Below, in pieces: positions 10,094 to 20,279 of a stretch of DNA of 64,000 nucleotides. Below the pieces are notes generated by a model. It did not search any database. It worked only from the letters and a program-made list of their open reading frames with translations, and had not been told where the DNA came from. Position 1 is the first letter of the stretch. Every line of letters begins with the position of its first letter. Made by a program: the position numbers and the translations under genes. This stretch comes from a virus: positions 129,341-193,340 of the IMG/VR virus record IMGVR_UViG_3300032516_000003, one strand, 5' to 3'.

Positions 10094-11014
10094 ATGAGCG
10101 ATCCTGGCGCCATTCCTCTTGGGCTCGCACAGCAGAAGGCAGCCCGTCCAGTCGACCCCGAACAGCTGGAGATGATGGGCAAGCGGGCTGCCTCCCTCCA
10201 CGCCACCCAGGGAACTACTCTCAGCGACGCCGTGGTGGAGATCGTGAAGGAGGCCTTCCTGGCTCCGGAGCAGGTCAAGCGCGTCTGTGAGTTCGCCAAC
10301 ACGTCTGCCTACCTCTCCGAGTTTGAGAAGTCGGGGCAGATGCGGAACATCACCTTCGAGGGTGGCCCCGCCGACCCTGGTCGGGTGCTCCAGGACCTGA
10401 ACGATGGCTCCAATCCAGCCGTCCATCAGATCAAGCACGCTGACTACAGCCCCCCAGCAGGCAGCTACAAGGACGACCAGCCAGTCGTGGCCGATGAAGA
10501 AGCGGCTTTCGCCGCGGCTTTCGGCCTGGCGAAGGCTGCCGCCGACCACACCGCCCGAGCCAAGCCGATCGAGGAGGTCTACGACCTTCGCGTCCGGCTG
10601 GAAGGCATGCGGGACGACATGCTGAGCAAGCTGTCCTCGTCCCAGGTCCTACTCGACACCGTCAAGGAGGATCTATGTCAGGCGACGAAGCAAGAAGTGC
10701 TGGGTGGCTCCTCACTCTCGGACATCGCTCAAGCGTGGTCGGGGTACACCCCGACCGCCGAGATGCTGAAGGAGGCGGTCAGCCTGACCTGTCATCACCT
10801 CCGGGAGCACCAGGTCCTGGATCGGGAGGGCCTGATCGACTCCATGAACAAGACGGCATCAGCGGGATCAATTCCCAACCCGTCGCATCCAGTCGTTGAG
10901 CGCTTCATCGCGCTCACGAAGGTAGCCCAGAAGCACGGTGAGCTGCAGGCGGCCATCGAGATGGTGAACGAGCAGCTCCTCACAGTGAACGCCAAGCTCA
11001 AGGAGCTCGCATGA
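10094..11014 (+). CDS. Hypothetical head/neck-associated protein (306 aa)
   Basis: Coding composition. Position between terminase and head genes. Confidence 0.45.
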   Translation: MSDPGAIPLGLAQQKAARPVDPEQLEMMGKRAASLHATQGTTLSDAVVEIVKEAFLAPEQVKRVCEFANTSAYLSEFEKSGQMRNITFEGGPADPGRVLQDLNDGSNPAVHQIKHADYSPPAGSYKDDQPVVADEEAAFAAAFGLAKAAADHTARAKPIEEVYDLRVRLEGMRDDMLSKLSSSQVLLDTVKEDLCQATKQEVLGGSSLSDIAQAWSGYTPTAEMLKEAVSLTCHHLREHQVLDREGLIDSMNKTASAGSIPNPSHPVVERFIALTKVAQKHGELQAAIEMVNEQLLTVNAKLKELA

Positions 11015-11292
11015 ACCTCGACGGTCTCCGGAGGGTCTTCACTCTGCTGCGGCACGGTGACGCGTTCGAGAAGACGGGCGGGGTGGTGGACGTGGCCAAG
11101 GCCATTCAGCACGGGGCTTCTGCGGCCGGGGAGCGCATGACCCAGGCTGGACACCCCCTACTCGGGTTGGCGACAGCAGTGGCTCCCTTGGCTGGAACTG
11201 CATACGCCGGCAAGAAGGGCTACGAGAAGGTCAAGAGCAAGATCGAGGAGATCAAGTACCGTCGGGCTCTCAAGCGCCAGGGGATGGCATGA
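11011..11292 (+). CDS. Hypothetical protein (93 aa)
   Basis: Translationally coupled (ATGA overlaps) with its neighbours. Confidence 0.4.
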   Translation: MNLDGLRRVFTLLRHGDAFEKTGGVVDVAKAIQHGASAAGERMTQAGHPLLGLATAVAPLAGTAYAGKKGYEKVKSKIEEIKYRRALKRQGMA

Positions 11293-11900
11293 TGAGCAAT
11301 CCCGTCGAAGAGTTCCTGAAGACTGCCGGCATCTGGGGCAACTTCATGAAGGGCCTTAGGGGTGAAGGCGCCAGTGGTTTCAGCGGAGCTCTCGGCTCCC
11401 AGGTGCCGACGGGTGTAGCTGCGGCGGCGGTAACCGGCGTGGGCATGGGCATCGCCAAGGGCTTCGAGAAGATCCACGATCGGCTCACCAAGGCCCGCGA
11501 CTACAAGTCCATGCTCCAGGCGACCCCAGACCTACGCCACTTCGACGCCAGCCACACGCAGATGATGTACAACTCGCTGCGATCGCTGGCTCCAACCCTC
11601 GCCCGGGACCCGCTGGTGGCTGGCTCCTTCGTCCGTGATGCCCTACGCCTGTCCCCGGAACATGGCCCAGCCATCCCGCCGGCGACAGCCAAGATGCTGG
11701 TGGAGACCCAGGCCAAGCTTCAGGGCCCAAGCCTGGCCCGCCAGATGGCAGAGGCGGCCGGCAAGGCTAGTCCGCTTCAGCGCATCCAGGCAGACAAGGG
11801 ACCGCAGCAGACCGGCTACGAGGAAGTCAGCACAGAGAAGGCCCCAGGCGAGCCGACCAAGACACGTTCGGCCACGAGGAAGTTCCACTTCGGTCCATGA
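11289..11900 (+). CDS. Hypothetical protein (203 aa)
   Basis: Coupled to the downstream 1339-aa gene. Confidence 0.4.
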   Translation: MMSNPVEEFLKTAGIWGNFMKGLRGEGASGFSGALGSQVPTGVAAAAVTGVGMGIAKGFEKIHDRLTKARDYKSMLQATPDLRHFDASHTQMMYNSLRSLAPTLARDPLVAGSFVRDALRLSPEHGPAIPPATAKMLVETQAKLQGPSLARQMAEAAGKASPLQRIQADKGPQQTGYEEVSTEKAPGEPTKTRSATRKFHFGP

Positions 11901-14900
11901 TCAAGGTCTGCCAATACAAGGCCGGCCCTGGCCAGGGTGATCGACTCGTTCAGCTCTTCCAGCCGGGCGACATCGAAGGCGCGGCGGCCTTCTTCTCCAT
12001 GGGGAAGACCGCGGCCCCGATGCTGCCAGAGGTCCAGCAGTACCTCGATCAGGTAAAGCCCGACCACCGCAAGATCAGCGTCCTAGTCAATGCCCTGGGA
12101 GCTGGGGAATTCTGGGGAAGTAATATCAACGGTGATCACTTTCCGGAAGCAGGTCTTCTTCATGAAGGGCCTGACTATGGCTTCAAGACCTTCCTGAATG
12201 CCTTTCCCTTCAAGCATCACTGCTTCCCTGCGGGTACTCCGGTCCTGATGGCGGATCGAACCCGGAGGCCCATCGAACAGGTGCGTGGCGGCGAGGCTGT
12301 CATGACCTTGGACGGCCCACGTCACGTGATTGATAACATGCGTAGGCACTACTCGGGGGATGGTATAGCTCTTAGACTTCGGGGGGAGTATAAAGAGCTG
12401 GTTGGAACTGCGGATCATCAGGTTCTGATCTACCGCAGGGACCAAATCCACTGCCGTTGCAACTACAGCAGACTACCCCAGTCCGGGCACGAGAAGGACT
12501 GTATCGAGTACCGCAAGGCCGTCGGTGATCCGGAGTGGGTTCCCATGGCATCGGTATTTCCTGGGGACTACATGGTTCTTCCGAAGCCACAGCATGGTCG
12601 GGAACTTGTAGATGGGGCTTTTGCCAGGCTAGTGGGGTGGGTAGCTGCCGAAGGTAATCTGGGTACTCACGGGCTGATTCAGTTCTGTTTCAGTGAGCAC
12701 AATGTAGAGGACGTCTCGGCAGTGACCGCGTGCATGGTTGAGAACGACCTGCACGTCACGGTCACTGCTCGTCCCCAAGATGGTCTGGTTCAGCTCTCTG
12801 CCTGCTCCGCGAGGGTCCACGCGGAGCTGTCCAAATACGTCGTGGGCGTACTGTCCGAGAAACGTCTGACGGAAGAGGTTCTAAGGTGGGATGAGACCGG
12901 TCTACGGCAGATGCTTGGGACGTATATCGATGGAGATGGGCACCTCCCCCAGTCTGGCAAGAATTCCGGACAGCTTCGGATTCGATCTTCGTCCCCACAG
13001 ATGTTGCGCATCCTGTCAGATGTGATTCGTGCTCTTGGGCATCCGGCTACCGTGCAGTGGGATGCTGAGCCATGTGAGATGATCTCTCCCACGAATGGGG
13101 AGGTCTACATGAGTCGGGGCAGCGGTGTGGTGGCAGTTTCAGCGGAACATTCCTCGGCGGTGGCCAAGCACAGCAGGAAGCGTTTCACGAGAGACCTCCG
13201 CCGGAAGAGGTTCGAGAAGCGTTTGGGGGAGACCTACCTCATTCAGGTGACTGAATCGGAGCAGGTCATGCTCAATGAGGAGGTGTTCAATCTTGAAGTC
13301 GACGACGCCCACCATTACATCGCAGGTGAAGTGGCAGTCCACAACTGCAACAAAGACCCGTCAAAGTCATTTGGTCGTGTGGCCGTTTCCGTGTGGCACG
13401 ATCAAATGAAGCGCATCGAACTTGTAGTGGAGATTGATCGTGAGCTGTCCAAGCGCTTCGGTGCCGAAGACGTAGTGGATAAGCTGGACCGTGGGCTGTT
13501 CCCCGATGTCAGCATGGGCACGAAAGTGCCTTATGACATGTGCAGTCTGTGCACTGACTGGATCAACTACCGCCGAGCTCAGTCGACCTTCGATCCGCGG
13601 GTCCACCGGACAGTAGGCCAAGCAGTTCTGGCCTGGCACAAGAAGCAGCCGATCCGAGGGTTGTCAATAACGCGTAATGACTACTGCTTCCCTCCCGGCA
13701 CTCCGATCCTGACTGCCAACGGCTACTATGAATCAATAGAGCATCTGGCCGAGGGAGACGTTGTCATTTCTCACACTGGCAATCCGCGGAAGATAACCAG
13801 GCTGCTGCCTAGCTGGTCTGAGACTGAACTAGTGCAGCTTGAGGCGTTCGGTTTTGGTGACGTAAGGGCTACTTCAAATCACCCGTTCCTCGCCGCCGAC
13901 CTGCGAAAGCCAACAGTAGGCGGCAAGTCAAAGTTGTTGGAGTCCGTTGAACCAGACTGGGTGCCTGCAGGTGAATTGACCAAAGGAATGACAGTATTCC
14001 TGCCTGTGCCACCGGTCACTAGTGATAACGTACAGGCAGACGATCTGGGGTGGTTACTGGGCATGTACCTAGCTGAGGGCCACCCCAATTTCAGTCCTGG
14101 GGTAGCATGGCCGAGGGCCACAACCTTTACCTACCACATCAACGAGGAATTTGAGGGCCGTCTGGAGAAAGTAGCGCGCCTGCTCGATCAAGATGCAACC
14201 GTTAGGCTGAGCTACTATGATGGGCGACAGGCTAAGTCATTCCACATCAATAGCCGCAAAGTAGCAGAGTGGCTGTTGCTTCATGGCGGCCACGGCAGTA
14301 AGAACAAGCTGCTTTCTCCGGCGGTATGGTCTTATGGCGCAGGCTTTGTCCGCCAGCTGATCAAGGGGTGGGCTGATGGCGACGGCAGTGTGGATGGTGG
14401 AAAATTCAATCTGAGAGTGGCTACTTCATCAGAGCAACTAGCCCGTCAAATGCAGCTGCTGGCAGCGGCCTGCGGTGTCGTAGCATCCCTAAAACTGTAT
14501 AACCGTACTACTAACTTCGGCTATCAGAGTATCTGGTATGTGTCATTCAACGGCGATGCAGCAGATGCCGTTCAGCAGTTACGTGAGCAGACAGAATCGT
14601 CTCAGCAGTCTCGTTTGAGACTCTGGAATGGGTACCTCTGCAGCACGATCTACAAGATCACTACAGAGTACTATGATGGCCCGCTGTATAACTTCGAAGT
14701 TGAAGAAGATCATTCATACGTTGCGGGTTGCTTTGCGGTGCACAATTGCGAGCACCTCCAGCGGATGCTCAATCGCATCCTGCCGGATGGTCGCAAGGTC
14801 TACGCCATCAACGACTACCCTCGGTTCTTTGATATCTCCTTCGTCTTCATCGGCGCGGATAAGACGGCCAAGGTCATGGCCAAGCTCGCGTCAGTGGGGA

Positions 14901-15916
14901 TGCAGGGCGATGTGATCCCCTCCTGGTACATCGCGGAGCAGCTGGGCTACAACGACATCGAGGAGCCCAGGGGCCGGTCGATGGTGGGGTGGCGCCTGGA
15001 GAAGGCCGCCTCGGTGGACAGTGTCCGCGCCATCATGGCCAAGAAGGCCGCGCAGAAGAAGGCGGAGATCACCAAGGATGTGACTCCCTCTCAGTTCGGG
15101 GGCAAGGCCACCTCTACTGAGGATGGCTTCCACCCCGATCTGCCGAATGAAGTCCTCGATCAGCTCGGTCACTGCCCGCTGCATGAGGCGCTGTCCACTC
15201 CCGGCACCATGGGGATGGTGCTGAAGCCACACGAGTTCCAACGCATCGTGATCATCCGCATGGGCAAGAAGCCGCTAGCGGATGAACTCGACCAACACCA
15301 TCAAGTGTTCGGTCCTTCGAAGGAGACGTCTCATCTGGCCCCAGTAGGTGGGGAGCACTTCAGCGACGTCATCATGAAGCTCCTGCTTCCGTTCCTGGAG
15401 AACCGCAGCATCCTGGAGCCAGTGGCCAAGCGGCGCATCATCCGCATCTCCATCGGCCAGCAGCAACCAGGTGGTCACCAGCTGGAGGAAGTGAACGACC
15501 CCTTCCTACAGAAGGTCTCTTCTGCGTACAATGGCTACTTGAGTCGTGTGGGCGCTTGCTTGAACTGTGCCCAAGAGCGTATAACGGAAGACGCAGAGCT
15601 CTGGAAGGCCGTGCATCAAGAAGGATTGCCTTCTGGATTCGAGAAGATGGCTGCCGGTGCGAAGGTCGATCCGAAAATCATCATCGGCGCCATGGGAGCA
15701 GCACTGCTACTGAGTCAGCTGGCGAGGTACCGCAAAGAGCAAGCGATGATGGGACAGCGGGAACCAACTGGTCTGTTGAATAACCTGATTGCAGACCACC
15801 CGACCATCCTGACTGCTCTAGCCGGACTCGGGGCGTTGCACCAGCAGGGTTCAGATCTACCTGCTGCGCTGCTGGCGGGGTTGAAGGGCGCCGGGAAGAT
15901 CCTGGTACGCAAGTGA
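11897..15916 (+). CDS. Head-morphogenesis protein with two inteins (extein ~610 aa; portal or prohead-protease candidate)
   Basis: 1339-aa ORF carrying two canonical inteins. Located just upstream of scaffold-like genes and the capsid gene. Extein identity not resolved. Confidence 0.55.
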   Translation: MIKVCQYKAGPGQGDRLVQLFQPGDIEGAAAFFSMGKTAAPMLPEVQQYLDQVKPDHRKISVLVNALGAGEFWGSNINGDHFPEAGLLHEGPDYGFKTFLNAFPFKHHCFPAGTPVLMADRTRRPIEQVRGGEAVMTLDGPRHVIDNMRRHYSGDGIALRLRGEYKELVGTADHQVLIYRRDQIHCRCNYSRLPQSGHEKDCIEYRKAVGDPEWVPMASVFPGDYMVLPKPQHGRELVDGAFARLVGWVAAEGNLGTHGLIQFCFSEHNVEDVSAVTACMVENDLHVTVTARPQDGLVQLSACSARVHAELSKYVVGVLSEKRLTEEVLRWDETGLRQMLGTYIDGDGHLPQSGKNSGQLRIRSSSPQMLRILSDVIRALGHPATVQWDAEPCEMISPTNGEVYMSRGSGVVAVSAEHSSAVAKHSRKRFTRDLRRKRFEKRLGETYLIQVTESEQVMLNEEVFNLEVDDAHHYIAGEVAVHNCNKDPSKSFGRVAVSVWHDQMKRIELVVEIDRELSKRFGAEDVVDKLDRGLFPDVSMGTKVPYDMCSLCTDWINYRRAQSTFDPRVHRTVGQAVLAWHKKQPIRGLSITRNDYCFPPGTPILTANGYYESIEHLAEGDVVISHTGNPRKITRLLPSWSETELVQLEAFGFGDVRATSNHPFLAADLRKPTVGGKSKLLESVEPDWVPAGELTKGMTVFLPVPPVTSDNVQADDLGWLLGMYLAEGHPNFSPGVAWPRATTFTYHINEEFEGRLEKVARLLDQDATVRLSYYDGRQAKSFHINSRKVAEWLLLHGGHGSKNKLLSPAVWSYGAGFVRQLIKGWADGDGSVDGGKFNLRVATSSEQLARQMQLLAAACGVVASLKLYNRTTNFGYQSIWYVSFNGDAADAVQQLREQTESSQQSRLRLWNGYLCSTIYKITTEYYDGPLYNFEVEEDHSYVAGCFAVHNCEHLQRMLNRILPDGRKVYAINDYPRFFDISFVFIGADKTAKVMAKLASVGMQGDVIPSWYIAEQLGYNDIEEPRGRSMVGWRLEKAASVDSVRAIMAKKAAQKKAEITKDVTPSQFGGKATSTEDGFHPDLPNEVLDQLGHCPLHEALSTPGTMGMVLKPHEFQRIVIIRMGKKPLADELDQHHQVFGPSKETSHLAPVGGEHFSDVIMKLLLPFLENRSILEPVAKRRIIRISIGQQQPGGHQLEEVNDPFLQKVSSAYNGYLSRVGACLNCAQERITEDAELWKAVHQEGLPSGFEKMAAGAKVDPKIIIGAMGAALLLSQLARYRKEQAMMGQREPTGLLNNLIADHPTILTALAGLGALHQQGSDLPAALLAGLKGAGKILVRK
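12221..13345 (+). mobile_element. Intein 1 (375 aa) with LAGLIDADG endonuclease domain
   Basis: N-terminus 'HH|CFPAGTPVLM'. C-terminus 'HYIAGEVAVHN|C'. LAGLIDADG motifs 'LVGWVAAEGNL' and 'MLGTYIDGDGHL'. Confidence 0.8.
13685..14746 (+). mobile_element. Intein 2 (354 aa) with LAGLIDADG endonuclease domain
   Basis: N-terminus 'DY|CFPPGTPILT'. C-terminus 'SYVAGCFAVHN|C'. LAGLIDADG motifs 'LLGMYLAEGH' and 'LIKGWADGDGSV'. Confidence 0.8.
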
Positions 15917-16010
15917 TCTCGGTGGATCGCTAGGGGCTTCAAGGCCTCGAAGAAACGGACACCAGAGAGACAAGAAGCACCAACGACCGACCGAGAACAG
16001 GAGACCTACC

Positions 16011-16868
16011 ATGGATGAGCAGCTGGCTCAGATCTACGGAACCAACCAGTCCTACGACGCCGAGGACCTGGAGAAGACGGCGGCAGCCGAGCTCCTGGTC
16101 AAGCTCGCAGAGGAGCAGGGTGTCGACCTGCGCGAGTTCTCCGATGAGGAGATCGCGCAGCTGGTCCAGGAGCTCTACAGCGAGAAGACCGCTGAGGAGA
16201 AGGACGAGAAGAAGGAGCCCCCGAAGGAGGAGAAGAAGGAAGAGAAGAAGGAAGAGGAGGCCAAGGAGAAGGCCGCCGAAGCCGACTTCCTCGGGCGCGT
16301 CATGGCCCACGCCTACGTGCAGGAGCTCAACCAGATCGAGAAGGAAGCGGGCGTCAAGGAGAAGTACGAAGCGGCCAAGGGAGCGGTGGCTGGTGGGGGC
16401 AAGAAGGGGAAGGAGCTTCTGGAGCGTTTCGGCGCCCGCTACAAGCCCTCCGTCGCCGCCGGCAAGGAGGCCGTCAAGGGTGAGCGTCCTGGTGGCCGCA
16501 GCGGCTCCACGCTCTTCCTCACCAAGAAGGAGCGTGCTGGCGCCGCCCTGGAAGCGCTCAAGAAGGCCCCAGGCGAGGTCAAGGCGGTCGGAGCCGCTGG
16601 CCTTGGTGCCGCTGCCTACGAGGCAGGCAAGCACCAGGATGAGAAGCGTGCTGAGGACGAGTCGGCCCTCAAGACCCTCATCGAGAAGCGCGCCTACGAC
16701 ATCCTGGCTGGCAACGGCTGGGTGAACGAGCAGGGCGAAGTGCTCGCCCCGCCGCAGGCCGAGCAGCCGGAGCAGGCCAAGGAAGCGTCGGTCCTGGAGC
16801 AGGCAGTCGAAGTCGAGGCCCTCAAGCTCCTGGAGGCGAACGGGTACCCGGTGGAGTGGAACCAGTAG
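16011..16868 (+). CDS. K/E-rich scaffold / prohead-core-like protein
   Basis: Low-complexity 'EEKDEKKEPPKEEKKEEKKEEEAKEKAAE' with predicted coiled coil. Position before the capsid gene. Confidence 0.45.
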   Translation: MDEQLAQIYGTNQSYDAEDLEKTAAAELLVKLAEEQGVDLREFSDEEIAQLVQELYSEKTAEEKDEKKEPPKEEKKEEKKEEEAKEKAAEADFLGRVMAHAYVQELNQIEKEAGVKEKYEAAKGAVAGGGKKGKELLERFGARYKPSVAAGKEAVKGERPGGRSGSTLFLTKKERAGAALEALKKAPGEVKAVGAAGLGAAAYEAGKHQDEKRAEDESALKTLIEKRAYDILAGNGWVNEQGEVLAPPQAEQPEQAKEASVLEQAVEVEALKLLEANGYPVEWNQ

Positions 16869-16883
16869 CCACTGAGGCACTAG

Positions 16884-17198
16884 GTGTCGGGCATCAACAT
16901 GCAGGCATTCTTCGACGAGCTGGTCAAGATCGGGCAGACACAGGCCCGTGAACCGACCAGCGCCTGGGCGCCCAAGACGATCGGGGCGCCTCGGGCGAAG
17001 CTGCCTGATGCTCAGGTAGCGCGTGCTCCTGAGCCGCCTGGCGCCTTGTCCCCCAAGGTGGTGAAGCCGGCGGGCCAGTACGGGAACCGGCAGAACTACT
17101 CCAAGCCGTACACCGAGTCGTCACCAGCTACGAACCCCGAACAGGGGGAGTCACAACGTCAGGCCCCGATTCCCAACGTCACGTTCGGGGTACGATAG
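16884..17198 (+). CDS. Small protein with N-terminal 'FFDELVKIG' motif
   Basis: Shares the motif and the 14-mer 'ttcttcgacgagct' with ORFs at 26393 and 26893. Candidate capsid-targeting signal. Start may be the internal M (MQAFFDEL). Confidence 0.4.
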   Translation: MSGINMQAFFDELVKIGQTQAREPTSAWAPKTIGAPRAKLPDAQVARAPEPPGALSPKVVKPAGQYGNRQNYSKPYTESSPATNPEQGESQRQAPIPNVTFGVR

Positions 17199-17208
17199 GA
17201 GGACCACG

Positions 17209-18162
17209 ATGCGCTTCTCTCTACAGCAGATGGTCCAGCAGACCCTCGCGGAAGCCACCGAGCGGGAAAAGCTCGCGGCGGCCGAGGGCGCTGCGGCCGA
17301 GAAGGAGCCGGGGCCTTCGGACAAGAAGGAGGAGAAGGAGGAGAAGGAGGGTGTCAAGACCTCCTCGGTGTTCGTCGAGAAGCTGGCGAGCGCCGTCGAG
17401 TACCTCAACTCCGAATTCCTCCCGAAGGTCGCGGAGGAGGGGCTGCAGAACCAGCTGCCCAACACCATGCACTCCCCGACTCCCGGCAAGCAGAACTACG
17501 AGACCGGGCAGGCCAAGCACGACCAGCCCCCACAGCACCCGGGCAAGGACCCCAAGTCGCCCGGCAACACCACCCCAGCCACCTCGCTGGAGACCACCAT
17601 CAAGGATCCACCCGGTGGCAGCGAGAACTGGAAGGGCAAGGACATCCTCAAGCAGTCTTCCGTGGAGCGCGTGAAGGGCATCATGGCCAAGATGGCCGGT
17701 GAAGATGTCCTCCCCGCCCACATCCAGGCCCAGCACAAGGACGTTCCCCCGGATGCGACCAAGTCCGAGGAGGGTGTGCCCAAGCTGCCGGGTCCCGCGG
17801 CCAAGCAGGAGCGGATGATCGACTCCCTCAAGGCCGCGATCGGCTACACCAAGCAGCAGGCGAAGGCGGAACCCAAGGCCCAGATGGGTGAGGTTCTCGA
17901 CGAACCAGCTCAGAAGAAGAGCACGGATCCGGTCCTTCACAACAACCTCGATGCCACGGGCCAGGCCGGCGTGAAGATCTCGTCGGCAGAGAAGTTCGCG
18001 GCAGCGAGGGCTCTCCTCCAGAAGGTAGCGGAGGAGGGAGGAGACAAGGCCGCCAAGCTCCAAGCCCTCATGAAGGAGAAGCACGAGCAGAAGGAGGGCA
18101 AGGAGAAGGACGACCACGAGCACGAGAAGGAAGCTGCGCTTCCTCTCGGCGGCGGATTCTAG
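17209..18162 (+). CDS. Scaffold-like protein (317 aa, K/E/P-rich)
   Basis: Charged low-complexity sequence, coiled-coil segments. GGAGG RBS. Confidence 0.45.
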   Translation: MRFSLQQMVQQTLAEATEREKLAAAEGAAAEKEPGPSDKKEEKEEKEGVKTSSVFVEKLASAVEYLNSEFLPKVAEEGLQNQLPNTMHSPTPGKQNYETGQAKHDQPPQHPGKDPKSPGNTTPATSLETTIKDPPGGSENWKGKDILKQSSVERVKGIMAKMAGEDVLPAHIQAQHKDVPPDATKSEEGVPKLPGPAAKQERMIDSLKAAIGYTKQQAKAEPKAQMGEVLDEPAQKKSTDPVLHNNLDATGQAGVKISSAEKFAAARALLQKVAEEGGDKAAKLQALMKEKHEQKEGKEKDDHEHEKEAALPLGGGF

Positions 18163-18172
18163 GAGGTATGCC

Positions 18173-18568
18173 ATGAGCCAGGAAAAGATCAGCGCCGCAC
18201 AGGCAGCTCAGGTGTACGCCGAGGTCCCGAGTGTCCTCCGGGCACTCTCTGCCGAGAGGGACAGCCTCCAGACCAAGCTCGCGGCGGCGGAGCACCAGAT
18301 CACCGAGTTCAAGACCCGCGACCGCATCGAGAAGATCGCCCACAAGATGGAGGAGAAGCACCTCGACGTGGGCACAAGCTTCGATGACCGTGTGGAGCGG
18401 ATCAAGCAGGCAACGGTCACCGGCCGGAGCCTGGACGTCATCGAGGAGGCGGTCGACATGACGGCTCCTCAGGGCGGACTCGGCAAGCTGGGCAGCGCCA
18501 CGGAGCCCGGCAACGGGGACAGCGGCACCGAGCTGGTGTCCTATCTCTTGGGCGGCCTGGGTGAGTAG
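18173..18568 (+). CDS. Coiled-coil scaffold-like protein (131 aa)
   Basis: AGGAGG RBS. Helical heptad-like sequence. Confidence 0.4.
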   Translation: MSQEKISAAQAAQVYAEVPSVLRALSAERDSLQTKLAAAEHQITEFKTRDRIEKIAHKMEEKHLDVGTSFDDRVERIKQATVTGRSLDVIEEAVDMTAPQGGLGKLGSATEPGNGDSGTELVSYLLGGLGE

Positions 18569-18598
18569 TACCACAAGGACCGAAAGAAGGAGACCGAC

Positions 18599-19045
18599 AT
18601 GATCCACCTCGAACTGACCTCGGATCTCCAGGCCATCATCCGCCGCGACTTCCCGCTGGCGGTGCGCGACCTGGCGAATCCACTGAGCGCGAACCCGCTG
18701 ATCGACGGCGAGTTCATGAACCTCAACACCTCCTACCAGCTGGTCCGCGGCCTTGACGGCTCGCTCGGCTGGGCTGCCTTCGCAGAGCGTGGACGCTTCG
18801 ACGTCCAGGCCCTCGGCAAGGTCACCATCCTGTACCTGATGTCCTACGAAGCGGACACCAAGGTGTACGCCTCGGCCAGTCTCGCCCTCGGTGGCAAGCT
18901 CCAGGTCAAGGCTGGCCTCACCATCGATGGTGTGGCCGGACGCGTCGGCCTGGGGAACTACTCCTCGGGCGAGGTCATCGGGTACGTGACGCGGCTGCCC
19001 GCTGACAACGGGAACAAGCTGCGCTTCATCCAGACCCTGTACTAG
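18599..19045 (+). CDS. Head-associated protein (148 aa), possible decoration/vertex protein
   Basis: Directly upstream of the putative capsid gene. Confidence 0.35.
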   Translation: MIHLELTSDLQAIIRRDFPLAVRDLANPLSANPLIDGEFMNLNTSYQLVRGLDGSLGWAAFAERGRFDVQALGKVTILYLMSYEADTKVYASASLALGGKLQVKAGLTIDGVAGRVGLGNYSSGEVIGYVTRLPADNGNKLRFIQTLY

Positions 19046-19070
19046 GCCGAGAGCCAGAAGGAGAACGAAC

Positions 19071-20189
19071 ATGAGCGTCCCTGCACGCATCCTCAACGAT
19101 CTCTTCACCCAGAAGGTCAACTCGGCCGAGGGCAAGGAGAAGATCGCGGAGTACGCCGGCAGCTACATCCGGGACCGTCTGCGTGAGGTCTCGTACGCCC
19201 GCAAGATCCTGCCCCCACAGCAGGTGACCCGGGCGGACTGCCAGCGGTCCGTCAACCATGACACGCTGGTCAAGATCGTGGACGTCGAGCCCAAGAGCCG
19301 GGCGATGGCGATCACGTTCCGTGGCCAGCCCACGGCCCACTTCGTGCGCGCACCCCGTGCCGAGGTTGCCTTCTTCACGATCTCCTCGGAGAAGTTCGAG
19401 AAGACCGAGCAGGAGCTCCTCGCCTACGAGATGCCGGTCACGAAGGTCATCGAAGACAACACCGTCAAGGACATCCAGGAGATCGAGGACCGCGAGTTCA
19501 CGATCCACATCGAAGCCGCCGTCCAGGCCCTGCAGTACGAGGCCAACGGTGGCGCGACCGTCAACCTCAACGCCTCCGGCATCCAGGCCGGCTCGGTGGT
19601 CGAGTTCGCCGTGCGCAAGGGCGAGCTGGCCCGTGCGGCCTCGGCGGACAACGGCACGGTCCTGCCGGTGCAGCGTCCCGACTTCGTCAACCTCTTCAAG
19701 ATGATCGACGGTCACCGCCTGCGGGCGGAGATGGTCCTCATCACCGAGGTCGACTGGGACGACATCCTCCAGTGGACGCTGGAGGACTTCGGCGACAAGA
19801 TCCAGTCCGAGACCACCGTCGACGGGTACAAGTACAACCTGCTGCTCGGCCGGCAGTACACCCGCACGGTCAAGACGGACATCCTCCGTCCGGGCAACAT
19901 CTACTGCTTCACCAACCCGGACTTCTTCGGCCGGTTCTACATCCTCAACAACACCAAGTTCTACATCGACAAGATCGCGAACCTGATCACCTGGCAGTCC
20001 TGGGAGGACATCGCCATGGCGGTCATCAACATCGCGTCGGTGCGGAAGCTGGAGCTGTACTCGGGCTCGGCGACGACCAACCACGACAGCATCCTTGCCG
20101 CGGTGTCGCCGATGGCCGAGGAGGACCTCGGTGCAGAGAACAACCGGGTCGACTCGGGACTCGTGTTCCCGTCGATCGAGGTGTACTAG
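19071..20189 (+). CDS. Putative major capsid protein (372 aa)
   Basis: Follows scaffold-like genes. GGAG RBS. Followed by a strong 14-bp-stem terminator. Size fits an HK97-fold capsid protein. The antisense 461-aa ORF is rejected. Confidence 0.5.
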   Translation: MSVPARILNDLFTQKVNSAEGKEKIAEYAGSYIRDRLREVSYARKILPPQQVTRADCQRSVNHDTLVKIVDVEPKSRAMAITFRGQPTAHFVRAPRAEVAFFTISSEKFEKTEQELLAYEMPVTKVIEDNTVKDIQEIEDREFTIHIEAAVQALQYEANGGATVNLNASGIQAGSVVEFAVRKGELARAASADNGTVLPVQRPDFVNLFKMIDGHRLRAEMVLITEVDWDDILQWTLEDFGDKIQSETTVDGYKYNLLLGRQYTRTVKTDILRPGNIYCFTNPDFFGRFYILNNTKFYIDKIANLITWQSWEDIAMAVINIASVRKLELYSGSATTNHDSILAAVSPMAEEDLGAENNRVDSGLVFPSIEVY

Positions 20190-20228
20190 TCCTCTGGCTG
20201 GTGCTCTAGTAGCGACCTGAGTCTGAGA

Positions 20229-20268
20229 GGGCGCCAGGCGTCGCAAGGCGTCTGGCGCCCTTTCCTTT
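20229..20268 (+). terminator. Rho-independent terminator after the capsid gene
   Basis: 14-bp GC-rich stem (gggcgccaggcgtc / ggcgtctggcgccc), loop gcaa, then tttccttt. Confidence 0.6.
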
Positions 20269-20279
20269 AGGAGGACCAA

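Noticed and set aside
16015-16725. 236-aa Arg/Ser/Pro-rich ORF overlapping the K/E-rich scaffold gene in another frame
   Set aside because: Alternate-frame reading of a GA-rich repeat region. RRRKRRRKRR runs are not credible protein.
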